Part shown: piece after piece, positions 48,760 to 61,300 of the stretch
Layout of the letters: the number at the start of each line of letters is the position of its first letter
Position numbering within the stretch: position 1 is the stretch's first letter
Assembly: GCA_030704615.1 (NCBI GenBank)
Contig: CM060732.1
Location: 68,696,001-68,760,000, forward strand
DNA: 64,000 nucleotides
Direction: 5' to 3'
DNA from: Takakia lepidozioides
Taxonomy: Eukaryota; Plantae; Bryophyta
Notes under the pieces: generated by a model
Database searches by the model: none
What the model was told of the DNA's origin: nothing
Seen by the model: only the letters and a program-made list of their open reading frames with translations
Made by a program: the position numbers and the translations under genes

Positions 48760-51500
48760 AGGCTGTGCCTTTGCTTTTGCTTTCCTAGAGCCACTACGTT
48801 TGTGTCTCCAATTTATTTCCATGTCTTCGTTCTCCAGCGGAGTCTAGTTGAGTTTCCAATAGGCAGGGGGGAATCTTCCCACACAATTCTTGTGTCTTCA
48901 ATTCTCCTGCAGAAAACAAAGTCCTTCCCCCAAGATTTGTCGAAGTCTTCGATTGTTGTGACACTTGGAAAGAGCTGCAAGTAAAACAGACCAAGCTTTG
49001 CGAGCCTCAGACCTAAGGTCTGAGTGAGCCAGATAAAGAACTTTCTACACATACGGCCTCTCTTTCTGATACACCACACAACACCTCATTTTCCACAACT
49101 GCCAATGGATTATCCCCCTGAGAGATTCCCACACTGGACAAGAAGAGTGCATTCTGCCATTCTTAACGTTAAGCAACAAAACCGAGGGAGATGAATCCAA
49201 GTCAGAAGACTAGAAATAGTATAGAGAAAGGGCCTTGTCCCAAAGCGAAAGGGCATAACACCAAGGCATGCTCCAAAACTGCGGGAATTCACAGCAGAAC
49301 TTGAATGGCCCACGGAATTTGTCCAGGTATTCTTTTTCCAATCCCTGCAGAACTTGCCCCTCACAGTGCTTGAAACGGTACATGGGAGAGGGAGAGAGCT
49401 TCTTGAAAGTTTTCATCCACTCAAGAATTACTTCATCAATATCAGTTTCTGGTGAAGAGAATGGCCTCACAAGGGCACTTGAAAAGTATGTGTGTGGCTA
49501 GAATTAGTTTCTGTATGTTCTTAGTGATGGTCAAAGGGAGGGTCCTCATCACTGGGAAAATTAGTCTTAAGGGCTTACAAATAGGCAGTGAAAATGGACG
49601 GGACAAGTGGGACATGTGCTGTCAAAATATAAGCAGCCTTAACATAGATGGCATTCAAGATTGCAAGTTTGTTTGCAGATCCGGGAGAGTAGAGAGAGGT
49701 TTTGTGATTGAATACATGTCACCCGTTGTAGCCAAGCCAGCTGTAGAAAGGGGGTCGGGGGGTCAACTGGTCACTTAGTGTGTGGGTAGCTGGTAAAGTT
49801 ACACCATAATTTATGCTTGCTTGGCTGTAGTAAACCTTTCTGCTAACTCCACAGTAGCCCAACTGAGACTTCTTTCTGAGAGTGCCCTGCTGGTAGCTGC
49901 ACAAACCTTGTCAGGAGGGCTACTCCATGGATGGAACTTATCAGTCTTATTCCTGGACCTCATTTGAATTACCGGCAATAAATCAAAGAAGGGAGGTCCA
50001 AGCAAGCAGAAGATTGGGTCAGTGCTATGAGTGCGCCCGGTTTCTAATGGGGGCTTTGTTGTGTGCAGGCTGGAGGCATTTACCTCTTGGCGTCTTCACA
50101 TTAGGAGCTCTGGTGATCACATTACTGGTGCTATCACTGTGTTCGTGATAAAAAGAGCGATTCAGGTGATAGTGTAATTGTTCTTATCCTCTTATCGTGC
50201 TCGACAATTGCAGTTCTGGTGATCATATTGATGTCCTTATCACTTTTGTGATCAATTATGAACGGTTTGTGCTGTGCATTAAATACGACTTTAGATGGGT
50301 TCAGGACTACATACAACTACAGATGGTAGCTACTGAGAACCTCAACAAGCTAACCATCAGAGATATACCATTGGCTTTCAATTGGACAGAGGGCTTGGGA
50401 AGGCAGAGAAAGAAGCAATTTTTTGGATTAGCCACAGATTCAGCAATTTGGTGGATGTATTTTTGTGACCTGACAATCCTCATCTATCCCACTATTCTCC
50501 GAATTGTAGTGAAAGTATGGCCCAGTGTGTTTACTTGAGAAAGGTACGTGTTGAGGACTGATCTTTGTCAGATCCTCTTTATTTGTGATGAGGTGGTGAC
50601 ACTCAAGTTATAAAATTTATTTGGTCTATCCTTTTCTAACATGATTGGGTGTTCTTCAAAATGAGTATTCTTGAGTGCTTTGGGAAACAGAAAGTAGCAT
50701 CTTCTACTCACAACAGATGGATGTTTCCTGCAATTGTATGAAGAAAACATGAAGACCGACAGCTGAAGTGAAGGCATTTTCAGGTAGTAGACATTCTGTC
50801 ACTAGGGAGAAGTATAGGATTTTGTGCATGGCTTGACACCCTATGAGCATTCATTTTTGTTGCCCATTTTGCCAATGTTTGTCGCACATATGTTAAGTCA
50901 AATGGAAGGATTGGGTAGATTTTTTTGGACTATACAGGCCATTGCTGAGAATAGGACCCTCTCTAGTGTTGATGTCATGTTGGCCGAATCAACCTGTAAT
51001 GTGCCAGAGCTAAACCACACATTCCTTGTTCTTAAAGTATTTGCATGGATTCCAAACTCTATGGTGACATAGCGTGTTGTGAGTCTGACATTTTTAGGCG
51101 GAAAGGAGGTGCACCGCAAAATCCTTCTCTCCCAAGACATCAAACTGATAATGCATGTGAAGATGATTCCTGGATCAAGGAAGATGAGTACCAAGTGATA
51201 CTTCAACCAAGACTGGCCCCCCAATGAATGACCTGGAAGAGGGATAATTCTCACGCAAGTGCGATGCACCAGCCACCAAAGCTATCAACAAAGGTTATTC
51301 TCTTGCAACCATGCATTGAATTGCAATCTGCACTTATGCGAGACAGAGCTCTGGGCATAGCTGGTGCAAGAACCTGCCTTTCTTCATAAGCTCTTAATGG
51401 AGTTGCCTCCATTTTAGCCAGATCACAGCTTTTGAGGCGTTCGATTGTGTGAATGAGCACCTTGTAGCTTAAACTGTTCTGTGGGATTTACATGGAATGC
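48760..51500 (-). mobile_element. Highly degenerate L1-type LINE ORF2
   Basis: Relic motifs in the expected order: LVLIFLD, NG..SFHLT*HMRQ, VEDATF (YADD position) and WESLRGIIHWQLWKMRC. Boundaries are approximate. Confidence 0.55.
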
Positions 51501-53319
51501 AAGAAGCTGGAGTTTTATGTCTTTAAAGGTTTTGTTGATGGTGGGAGGTGGAATGTGCTGCAAATATTCACTATTGCTATTGACTCACAACTGCTTCCAG
51601 ATTTCTGACACTACAGGTCACTGGCCGTCTGGACTGGGATATCAAATACTTGGATACTGGAAAGGTGTTGGCAAAGTCCAGCCTGGCTGTGGCTGATGAT
51701 TCTGCAGGTGGGTCTAACACATGCATGGTAGCATCATTTTTTCATCTTCTTATGCACGTCTCTTAGGTAATTTTAACCAGGATCAGTTTTTTATTTATGG
51801 ACTTAGATCAGATGTGCCCATAAATGCATGTTGTGTGTTTTAGTTCTCAGTGTGGATATGTAGGAGCATTGACTAGACATGTTGTATTGTATGTAGGTTC
51901 ATGAAGTTCCCCCGGGGTCTAATTAAATTTATAGCTGGACATTCTAGAAACAACAGCTGGGCGTAAGTGACAATGCAGCATTGGACTTGCTGTGTGTCAT
52001 AGGACTGCCGGCAGACATTGGCTGTAAGCAGGCCCTTCCCTGCAACTGCAACTTGGCAGAGCTTTCACCTTTCCTTCTGTACCAGGTGGATAGCACCTTC
52101 CTTTTTTACCTCCTTTGACGACGGCCCATGCCTGATATCCTTCCTTCTGAATGTCAAGAGCCCTTCCCTAGCAAAAGCAGAGTTGATTGTTTTACGGGTC
52201 TCATTGTTGTTTCGACCTTCAGCAAACCAAATGACTAAGTCCATCGTACGCACAGGTGGGGGGTGTGTCACAATACATGTTCCTGTAGCAAGTTGTTCTA
52301 GGACATGGGCTTACACACATTCATCAACATGTAACCTTGGACATGGGAGGTAGAAAGATGACAAATGTTTTCATGCAATCACATTGATTTGTTGCTGATG
52401 AGATCTAGTTCTAAAGTTACAGCAGGTTGAGCTTATGTTGCAATGTTGGTTACATCAGTTAAACCCCCTACAAAAAGGGACAAAAGGAGTGAAGAAGGTA
52501 GCTTAAAGGTGCTTGTCAAGAGCTAAATCTGCAGAAGCTTGATCATGTTAGGTGATTTCAATCTTACACTCGATTATGTTTCATGACTGTTCCCCTTGAG
52601 AAGCAAATAGCTATCATCAACGGGTTTGAATAGCATATCCCGCCAACTTCCCCAGCCTGGTGGGCCTCTAGAGCAGCATGTTTGTGTGGAGCCAGGTTGG
52701 TTGAGACTACAAGAAACTTGCTGCATGCATATTCACTTCTACTGCTTGACAAGAAGAGAAAATTTCACATTACATGACCCAACTCTCTTAAGGGGAAAAT
52801 GGAGAGATTTTGTCTACAAACATGTAATTGTTTATTCACAGAGTCTGTAAACTTGAGAAATGAGAGTCGAATGGATAAAACAATCCAGGTTTACATCTTT
52901 CTTTTAGACCTTACCGAAATGGTAGATTTGGGGAGTGCTGTCATTCAGCATAGGGAACACTGGATGATGGCTGTGAAGGGGGCATTATCCTATCCTATTA
53001 GCCATGAACTGATGAAAGGTGTATTCTCAACTGTGTAAAGCCAGCTCACTTTCTGATCATGAGCCTCACAAATCCCACCCCCTAGTCAAATACAATTGCA
53101 ACAAACATTTGGAAGGCTTGACAAGACCTACGACTTGAAAGGCATGCTCTTGTGCCAGAGAAGATGGGTGAAGCTGCAAACTGACTTCCAAGCATTACCA
53201 ACCCCAGACGCCGGAAGCTACAGAGAGCGAGCTACGAGGAAAAGACTACCACAATTCCATACATCCGCACCAGTATTTGTAAAATCTGTTTTACTACTGT
53301 CTGCTCCATGATGCTCGTG

Positions 53320-53850
53320 TCAAGGCTTCCAGCAAGGGTCTATAATGGCCTCCTGAAGGCATGAGATCTCAATGCTCGGTGTGTGGCGATGGTAGTTTCT
53401 CCGAAGGCTATTGATGATGCAGACAGGCCACCCCAGTGGCATGTTGATAGCAAACAGAAAATTCAGTTTGCTCCTCCAAAGCATGCAATACAAAGCGCAT
53501 GTCAGGTACATACCCACTCAGTTCATGCTTCTTCTGCCCATAACCTCAGAGTTTCCACAATTTGTGGTGATGTTCTTTAAAGCATGCTGCTTGTTTCGGC
53601 CTAAAAGACCAGACCCCATCTTTGATGTGGTTGGCATCATGTACAATTAACTTGCTCCACAATGATTGTGATGAACTTGGAGGCATGGTGGCAGTCTACA
53701 GAGAACCAAAGATCCTTAATGGTATGGGTGTCCAGGGGTGTGATGGTGAGTGGTTTAAGAGTTTGATTGTCAAGTGATCGATCCTCCAAATCATGCAGTA
53801 CAAAGCGTGTCAGGAAAGTAGTCCACTTCGCTCATCTGCCCCAGAATCTG
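53320..53850 (-). pseudogene. Two tandem decayed DYW-domain fragments downstream of the intact PPR
   Basis: GYVPDMRFVLHALEEQ..P.G.PVCIINSLR at ~53320-53560; a second relic with RFVLHDLED and DCHHASKFIT at ~53655-53850. Confidence 0.65.
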
Positions 53851-53911
53851 TTCAGCTCAGTATAGATTTTCAATTTGTTTTGCAGATGTCTGTTAACGCA
53901 TGTTGCGTGTT

Positions 53912-56458
53912 TCACCAGTAATCCCCACAAGAACAAACACCATCTTCAAAGTGATGAAACCGGTTGGCATCCCGTACAATAACCACTCGCCCAACTATCT
54001 TTGAGATGAACTTGGTGGCACTGTGGCAGTCACCACACACCCGAAGGTTCTTGATGATGCGGACAGGCGTCCTGGGGGGTGTGCTGATGAGCCCAAAAGC
54101 TATGGCCAGCTTCTCACTGTGGTAGCAAAGAGAAAATTCTTTTTGCACCTCCTCCAAATCATGCAAAACAAAGCGTGTATCAGGCATGTACCCAGCTTCC
54201 TTCATCTGCCCAGACAATCTCTTCAGCTCAGCAAGGATTTCCTTAATTTGTGGATGAGATTTGTCCTCTACAAAGAATGAATGCACCTGGAGGTTAACTT
54301 CAATGCAACTACGGCCAGCCTCCTTTCTTATACCTCTGTCCTCCATCATTTTCCTCACCTTTTCTTTATCAACAAATCTGCCAGCTGCAGCATAAATATT
54401 TGATAGCAGCACATAAGCTGCCGGGTTCTGTGGATCACTCTTGAGAATACTTTTTACCGCACGTTCTGCTACCTCCACATCTCCATGAATTTTGCACGCG
54501 CCAAGCAAGGCCCCCCACACCCCAGAACCTGGTTTGATTGGCATTGTGTTGATGAAGTCCTCTGCCTCAGTCAATCGCCCGGCACGGCCAAGGAGATCCA
54601 CCATGCAACCAAAATGCTCCACTGAAGAAGAGAGGCCATGATCCCTACTCATGGAATCAAAGTAGTGACGGGCTTCATCGACTAGGCCCACATGACTACA
54701 TGCACAGAGAACGGATACGAAGCTGATACCATCCGGATTCAAGCCTTCCCGCTGCATCTGTTCAAATAATCGCAGGGTCTCCCTACCACACCCATGCTGA
54801 GCATATCCTGCCATCATAGTGTTCCATGAAACCACATTTCGTTCAGCCATATTATTGAACACTTGACGTGCATCCTGCACACTCCCGCATTTGCAATACA
54901 TGTTAATAAGGGTATTCTCCAAATTAATATATGACACAATTCCAGCTTTCATAATGTTCACATGGACCTCCTTGCCCTTTTCCAGGGCTCCTACACTGGC
55001 ACATGCATTGAGAACGCAAATGAAAGTGACCCTGTTGGGTGTCACCCCTTCCCACTCCATTTGCTCATACATCTCAAAAGCCTCCTTATCATACCCATGC
55101 TGAGTATATCCTGTGATTAAGGCATTCCATGAGACCACATTCCGTTGAGCCATATTGTCAAACACTTGACGTGCATCTTTCATGCTCCCACATTTAGCAT
55201 ACATGTCAGCAAGGGCGGTCTCCAATATTACATCTGACAGTACTCCAGCTTTGATGATGTCAGCATGGACCTCCTTACCTTTTTCCAGAGCTCCTAGGCT
55301 GGCACAAGTATTTAGAACACCAATGAATGTGACTTTATTAGGTACCACTTTTTTCCATTGCATTTGCTCATACATCTCCCAAGCATCCCTACCATACCCA
55401 TGCTGAGCATATCCTGCAATCATCATACTCCATGAGACCACATCTTTTTCAGTCATATTGTCAAACACCTGACGTGCATCCTTCAAGCTCCCACACTTGG
55501 CATACATGTTAACAAGGGTATTCTCCAAATAAATACTCGATCCAATTCCCATCTTCATGAAGTTGGCATGGACCTCTTTGCCCTTTTCAAGGGCTCGTGC
55601 ACTAGTACATGCATTGAGAATGCAACTGAATGTCACCTTGTTTGGAATCACCCCTTCCCGTAGCATTTGCTCAAACATCTTGAATGCCTCCCTACCACAA
55701 CCATGTTGTGCATATCCTGCAATCATTGCATTCCATGATACCACATTTCGTTTCGCCATATTGTTGAACACTTGATGTGCTTCCTCTACACTCCCGCATT
55801 TGGTATACATGTGAACAAGGGTATTCTGCAAATCAATAGATGACGCAAATCCAGCTTTCATGATATGAGCATGTACCTCCTTTCCCTTTTCGAGGATTCC
55901 TAAGCTGGAACACGCATTGAGAAGAAAAATGAATGTAATCTTGTTGGGCGTCAACTGTTTCTGTTGCATTTGATCATAGATCTCAATAGCGTGCCTACCA
56001 TACCCAAGTTTTGCATATCCTGCTATGATCATGTTCCACGTAAACATATCTCGTTCAGGCATTCCGTCAAACACTTGGCGAGCATCCCTCACACTCCCAC
56101 ACTTGGCATACATATTGGCAAGGGTGTTGAATAGGAAGATGTTTGGCTTGAACCCACTTTGCATAATGTGGGCGTGTACCTGCTTTCCCTCTACTAGCCC
56201 TTTCATATTGCTGCATGTTTGCAAGAGACAGATATAAGTCTCAGAGTCTGCCTGAATTCCTCCTTGGTTCAAAATGTGCAGCGCCTCTGTCAGTTTTCCT
56301 GCCTTACATAGTCTCCTCAAATCCCCACAAATACTTAAAGAGTTATAGTAGACTCCCTCCCCTGGGAGTCTTTCAACTGCAGTGCTCACAGTGGAGGTGT
56401 TAACCGTCCAGCCGGTTTGATGTGTGATAAGCAATTGTCCTGGGTTGAACTCTGCCAT
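53912..56458 (-). CDS. PLS-class PPR protein with E1/E2 and DYW deaminase domain (organellar C-to-U RNA editing factor)
   Basis: Uninterrupted 848 aa with regular P-L-S triplets, HSEKLA, CGDCH and terminal SCGDYW. A splice-acceptor-like CAG lies 1 nt before the ATG. Confidence 0.96.
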   Translation of the reverse strand: MAEFNPGQLLITHQTGWTVNTSTVSTAVERLPGEGVYYNSLSICGDLRRLCKAGKLTEALHILNQGGIQADSETYICLLQTCSNMKGLVEGKQVHAHIMQSGFKPNIFLFNTLANMYAKCGSVRDARQVFDGMPERDMFTWNMIIAGYAKLGYGRHAIEIYDQMQQKQLTPNKITFIFLLNACSSLGILEKGKEVHAHIMKAGFASSIDLQNTLVHMYTKCGSVEEAHQVFNNMAKRNVVSWNAMIAGYAQHGCGREAFKMFEQMLREGVIPNKVTFSCILNACTSARALEKGKEVHANFMKMGIGSSIYLENTLVNMYAKCGSLKDARQVFDNMTEKDVVSWSMMIAGYAQHGYGRDAWEMYEQMQWKKVVPNKVTFIGVLNTCASLGALEKGKEVHADIIKAGVLSDVILETALADMYAKCGSMKDARQVFDNMAQRNVVSWNALITGYTQHGYDKEAFEMYEQMEWEGVTPNRVTFICVLNACASVGALEKGKEVHVNIMKAGIVSYINLENTLINMYCKCGSVQDARQVFNNMAERNVVSWNTMMAGYAQHGCGRETLRLFEQMQREGLNPDGISFVSVLCACSHVGLVDEARHYFDSMSRDHGLSSSVEHFGCMVDLLGRAGRLTEAEDFINTMPIKPGSGVWGALLGACKIHGDVEVAERAVKSILKSDPQNPAAYVLLSNIYAAAGRFVDKEKVRKMMEDRGIRKEAGRSCIEVNLQVHSFFVEDKSHPQIKEILAELKRLSGQMKEAGYMPDTRFVLHDLEEVQKEFSLCYHSEKLAIAFGLISTPPRTPVRIIKNLRVCGDCHSATKFISKIVGRVVIVRDANRFHHFEDGVCSCGDYW

Positions 56459-58364
56459 CCTGCAGGACTAACAGTTAGAAATGTCTACACTTGATAAGTC
56501 TTACGCTTCACCTCAACACTCCCAGATACTTCAATGTGCAGTCTGTTCATGAAGAATAGGCTCCCTAAACATCAATAGGGCTTACAAATATGCACTAGAG
56601 GTTTTTCTCAAAAGGTAGCTCATGCATGAAAAATTCATCCCTCAAACAGGGCAGCCTGCTGCAGGTATTTACTTTGAGAAACTCTACCAATTCTATCTGT
56701 TTAAGGTAGAGCCTTCGGATAAACAATAAAAAATACCAGTTGTATTCTTCACATCGATTTCCATGGTGTACATCGACATAAAAACCATCACCAGATTTTG
56801 ATCGACCTTGTCTTATGGCATCAAGCTCGGCATTCGCCCAAGCAAGGTTCAACCAGCCCTCAATCCTAAGGTTCTCTTTTATGCGTTCATGTCTGAAGTC
56901 TGGTGATCTTGGACTTCTCTGTGAAAACCATAAGTAGGCAGCTAAGCAGCCAAAGCTTCAACCTTAGCCGCATATACATCAGCTACATAAGCATGACTTC
57001 CATCACTGGGCCGAAATTTGAAAAAGTCCAATTTCAATGCTATTTTGGATTAACAATTGACTGATCCAACAATTCTGGCAGGTGTTATAGACTAAATGAA
57101 AGCAGCTGAACTATGGCCCCAGGCATAAATCTTACTGGAATCACTAAAAACAATTGGTGTCCTTCCATGTAGGAGCTAGAAATGAATGGGCAGCAGTAGA
57201 GATAGCCTCACCTTATCAGATCTGTTCTCCCACCACAACCAAGGAGCTGACAAAAACTCCTCCCAAAGCTGTGCTATGCTTATTGCCTGGTCTGCATGCA
57301 GATACCACTAACATAAAGATGTTTAATTGTCTGGGTCGCTTTGTGGATGCTGGTGTTGGGTTTCCAATACTCTCTCTCTCTCTCTCTCATGAGTCACTAT
57401 GGCCACAAGGCTACGGCAAACTATGACTTAGAGAGAATTCTCTCTCTCTAAAGCAGTGTCCATGTAAATAAGTAGCTCACTCTCATGCAGAGGAAAAAGT
57501 GTTGCGGATACTCCACAAGAGACGGAAGCAAGACAAGGGTGTGGATTACAATCAATATCCTCTACAACCCTTGATGACAATGAAATTGGACCAAAATGGT
57601 GTAGTTCCTGCTGGTACGGTCTACGAACAACAGGGGACCTCATGCATACATTTCCGAGACCCAAAAATTAAGCAGAGTTCCAGGTCTTCACCTTTCTTCA
57701 ATTTATCCGGAGGCTGAGGAGAAGTTCTACCCATCACATGCCAGCGCATCGAACCTGGCATTGCCGGGGTGGACAAGCACTTCCACTCCCCAGCCTGACC
57801 CATTAATTTGTTACATGATGTGAGGCTCCTCGCCGAATCCAGGCAAGAAGAAGAGAATGGGCCCTCCAAGCCCACGAAGGAGCGCAGCCATTCCTCCCTG
57901 TACCTTCTATGCAGCCCGACGAGAGCTCTCTACGGCAAAGCTTGCAAAAACAGTAATAGTTTTACAAGTACCAACGTCTGTATGTAACACATACAATACC
58001 TGTGCTGTGCTACTCGCTCTGGCAAAAGATATAGTTGTTCACATACACTTAGATTACCTCTAGGGAGGTATGTCAAACATTGATACCGTAGTGCACAGAT
58101 CATCAGAACTACGCTGTTTTCCCTCCATTTCAGCTGAGAGCATGCCCAGGTTGTTGGGTGAAGCTCCGGACTCTAAGCTTAGTCAGTGGGTGCCGCTTGT
58201 CTTGGAGTTGAGATGGAGAAGGGAGCTGGATCTTCCCCAGCCCTAGCAGAATTTCGCTTCTGTGCCTGAAAAGGACGTCAAGGGGCCACAAAGCAGATCA
58301 AGCTCTCCACCCCTTGTTTTTGGGTCTTGGGATTGGTTCCTCGTGGTACTTAAACTGAAGGGGG

Positions 58365-61300
58365 ATGGCCAGACCTCTGCGTGTGCTGAACGTGGCGGAG
58401 AAACCATCGGTAGCCAAAGCGGTGGCGGGTATTTTGTCTCATGGCAATGTGCGAGTCCGAGAGGGCCGCTCCCCTTACAATAAGATTTTCGAGTTTCTGT
58501 ACTTCATCGGAAATCAAGCTTGCCAAATGCTGATGACTTCAGTCACAGGCCATCTGATGGAGCTGGATTTTGAAGATCAGTACCGCAAATGGCACTCTTG
58601 CGATCCTGTGGAGCTCTATCAAGCCCCTGTCCGGAAGCGTGTGCCCCAAGTATGACAGGTCCCTTTTTACTCGCAATCCCTATACCTTTGTCTCCAAGTT
58701 TCTCGCAAACCATTTTTCCTTCCTGTCTACACTTACCGTGAAGACTTGCATTGAATGGAATACACTGCTGTGCCTGTAATTTCACATATAGGTGAAACAT
58801 ATTCTCTGGTTTCAGTGCCAGCCACTGGAGAAAGTAAGAAATAAACTTCATCATGTCCAAAGGGGCCCCAAGGGTCTATGGAAAGGGCAGAATGTGGCCC
58901 TCTTGCTGGGACAGGTGTGAGACATCGCAGCTTTCATTGCATTACCAGTCACACTGTAGGAACCACATTAACCTATGGGAGAGAGACGGTTAGGCAACCA
59001 CAAATCCTAAACCCACACTAGTTCCATTTGGTTCTTAGCATCCAGTTGAATCAGCTAGTGACCTTTTCACCACCATCCTGGATGGATACATTGATTTGAA
59101 TGTCACATCCTGGAGAATTACGGGGCAGTTACACAGCTGAACTTTCTTTGCAAAGTTCATCTGCACGGGGAGATAAGAGGGCACCACAATGCAATGATAG
59201 TGCAACTCCATTAGTATGATACGGGGTAACAGATGACAGGTGGTGGATCTGGGGAGGGTATAGGACAAGATGGCCCTCCAAAGGACTCTAGAAGAGGAAG
59301 CGCGAAATTGCCAGTGGCTGGTGCTATGGTTGGACTGTGATCGGGAGGGTGAGAATATTGCGTATGAAGTTATAGATGTGTGCAGTATCACCAATTCCCA
59401 TCTCAATATTTGGCGGGCCCATTTTTCAGCACTCATTGAAAGGTCCTCAACTTGCATCTTTCTACCTGGTTTGGTGTTGATGTCACTTGTCTTTTCTTTC
59501 TGGGCCCTGTCTCCTAAATAAATAGAGAGGTTTATGAACCTGCTATCGGTAGGGATGGCAGTGGATATTATTTGTGGACCCTTGTGAGTTTGCATTTCCA
59601 GGAAGAGGTATATTCTTGGATTTTCCCCATACTATTTGCTATGGGGTTGTCTGAGAGTTAAGTCAAATGTGCAGGGAGATACATTACGCAGCACAGCATC
59701 TGGGTCGGCCCAATAAAATGTTTTCTGATGCTGTGGACGCCCGCCAGGTACTACTGAAGGGATTCGAGATACAAACTATTTGAGGCAGGGAGTGAAAATA
59801 CTATCATCTGTAGGAATCCTTAGGACTCGAGATACAAACTATTTGAAGCATGGAGTGAAAATACTATCATCTGTAGGAATCCTTAGGACTCCTAATATTT
59901 CTTTTTACTTCTGATTATTTTGATGGCGTCAATTCACAAATGGAGCTTAAGAAATGTGTTTGTTCTCCAAATCTAAGCATGGAGAGGGAAAGTCTCTGAG
60001 TGGTCAACTGGAGATCCATGTAAAGTATCTCCCTCTGATCTCATTAGTATGCGGGGCAGGAGAAAAGAAGTGTTCTGCCTGTTTCAGTCTGCAGATCGTG
60101 AGATCGGAGTCTGAAATGACCCATGCCTTGGTGAGGGGTGACAGACAAGTAGCAAGGCATCAGAATATAGTCCTGAATAAGGTGTACAACGGTGTCTGTA
60201 AACTGGAGCTTTGTGGTGAGCTAGTGCTCTGGGCCCATGTCCTACATCCTCCTGTCATCCCATCTGATCAGCTTGTGCCTGTCTTGCTTTGGAGAATAAC
60301 TCCTCAGATGGTGCCAAACAGAGAGAAAGAGAGGAATAAGGTGTTTACCAGTTTGATGACACACTTATTGTGCATGTGTCAGGAAATTGACCTGCGCATT
60401 GGAGCATCATTTACACGTTTTCAGACTATGTTGCTACAAGATTCCTTTGTAATACCTTTTGGCGAAGAGGAGAGGAAACTTGTTCTGAGCTATGGCCCCT
60501 GCCAGGTCTGGCTCAACCCAACACCAGAAACAATCCTTTTTTTGAGTAGCGTTGAACAGAGGAATGCATTTTGTTCATGCTCACTAGAATTGTATATCCT
60601 AATAAATCAATGGGGATGCACTGAACTTTCAAGCAACGCGGGTGTGGCTGTGCTCCGGTCATGGTTACAGTTGTTCATTTCCTGCAGATGCTTCTTCACC
60701 AATGTCATTGGTTTAAAGTCTTCATTCAAACTCCAGGTGAACTCTCTTTGGGGGTGATGCTAGTATGTATGGAGCTTCTCTCAGTAAAGCCAGAGAGGCA
60801 TACCTCCGTATGCTAAAGTGTTAAATAGTTTCTATATCTTGAACTGTTCGTCCATGCTGGAGCCCACCATGGCTGTTAATGGTAAACAGTTTCTTACTGG
60901 TTAGAGATGTCATTGGAATTGTGAAAGCAGTTCTGGCAGCCAATGTATGTTTGTGGATCTTCTCAGTTTCCTACGCTGGGTTTTGTGGTGGAGCGGTATT
61001 GGCAAGTGCAAGCACATGTGCCTGAGGACTTCTGGAGCATCAACTGCTACTACAGTGCAGAGGATGGCAGTGCAAACTTCTCTTGGATGTATATCCCCTG
61101 TTTCAATTCCTGGTTTTGACTTTGGGGACAGAGAGAAGGAAAATAAGGAATTTTACGTCCGTGAGAGGTCTAGAGGGGGTTCACCAGACACAGTAGAAGG
61201 TCACAAAGAAAGAAATGTCCATGACAGTCCACAGAAAGCCCAGAGAGCCCACTGGACAAAATGACATAGTAAAATAGCAAATTGCACCAGAAAACCAGGC

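Noticed and set aside
52018-52353. Short ORFs on both strands as a gene fragment
   Set aside because: No identifiable motif or supported exon chain.
54023-56403. Plus-strand ORFs overlapping the PPR gene (and similar shadows over the F-box, DUF1118 and LINE ORFs)
   Set aside because: Antisense shadows of real coding sequence with no recognisable motifs.
59954-60757. 267-aa ORF as a separate gene
   Set aside because: Only 60383-60505 is TOP3A exon 4; the rest is open intron sequence.
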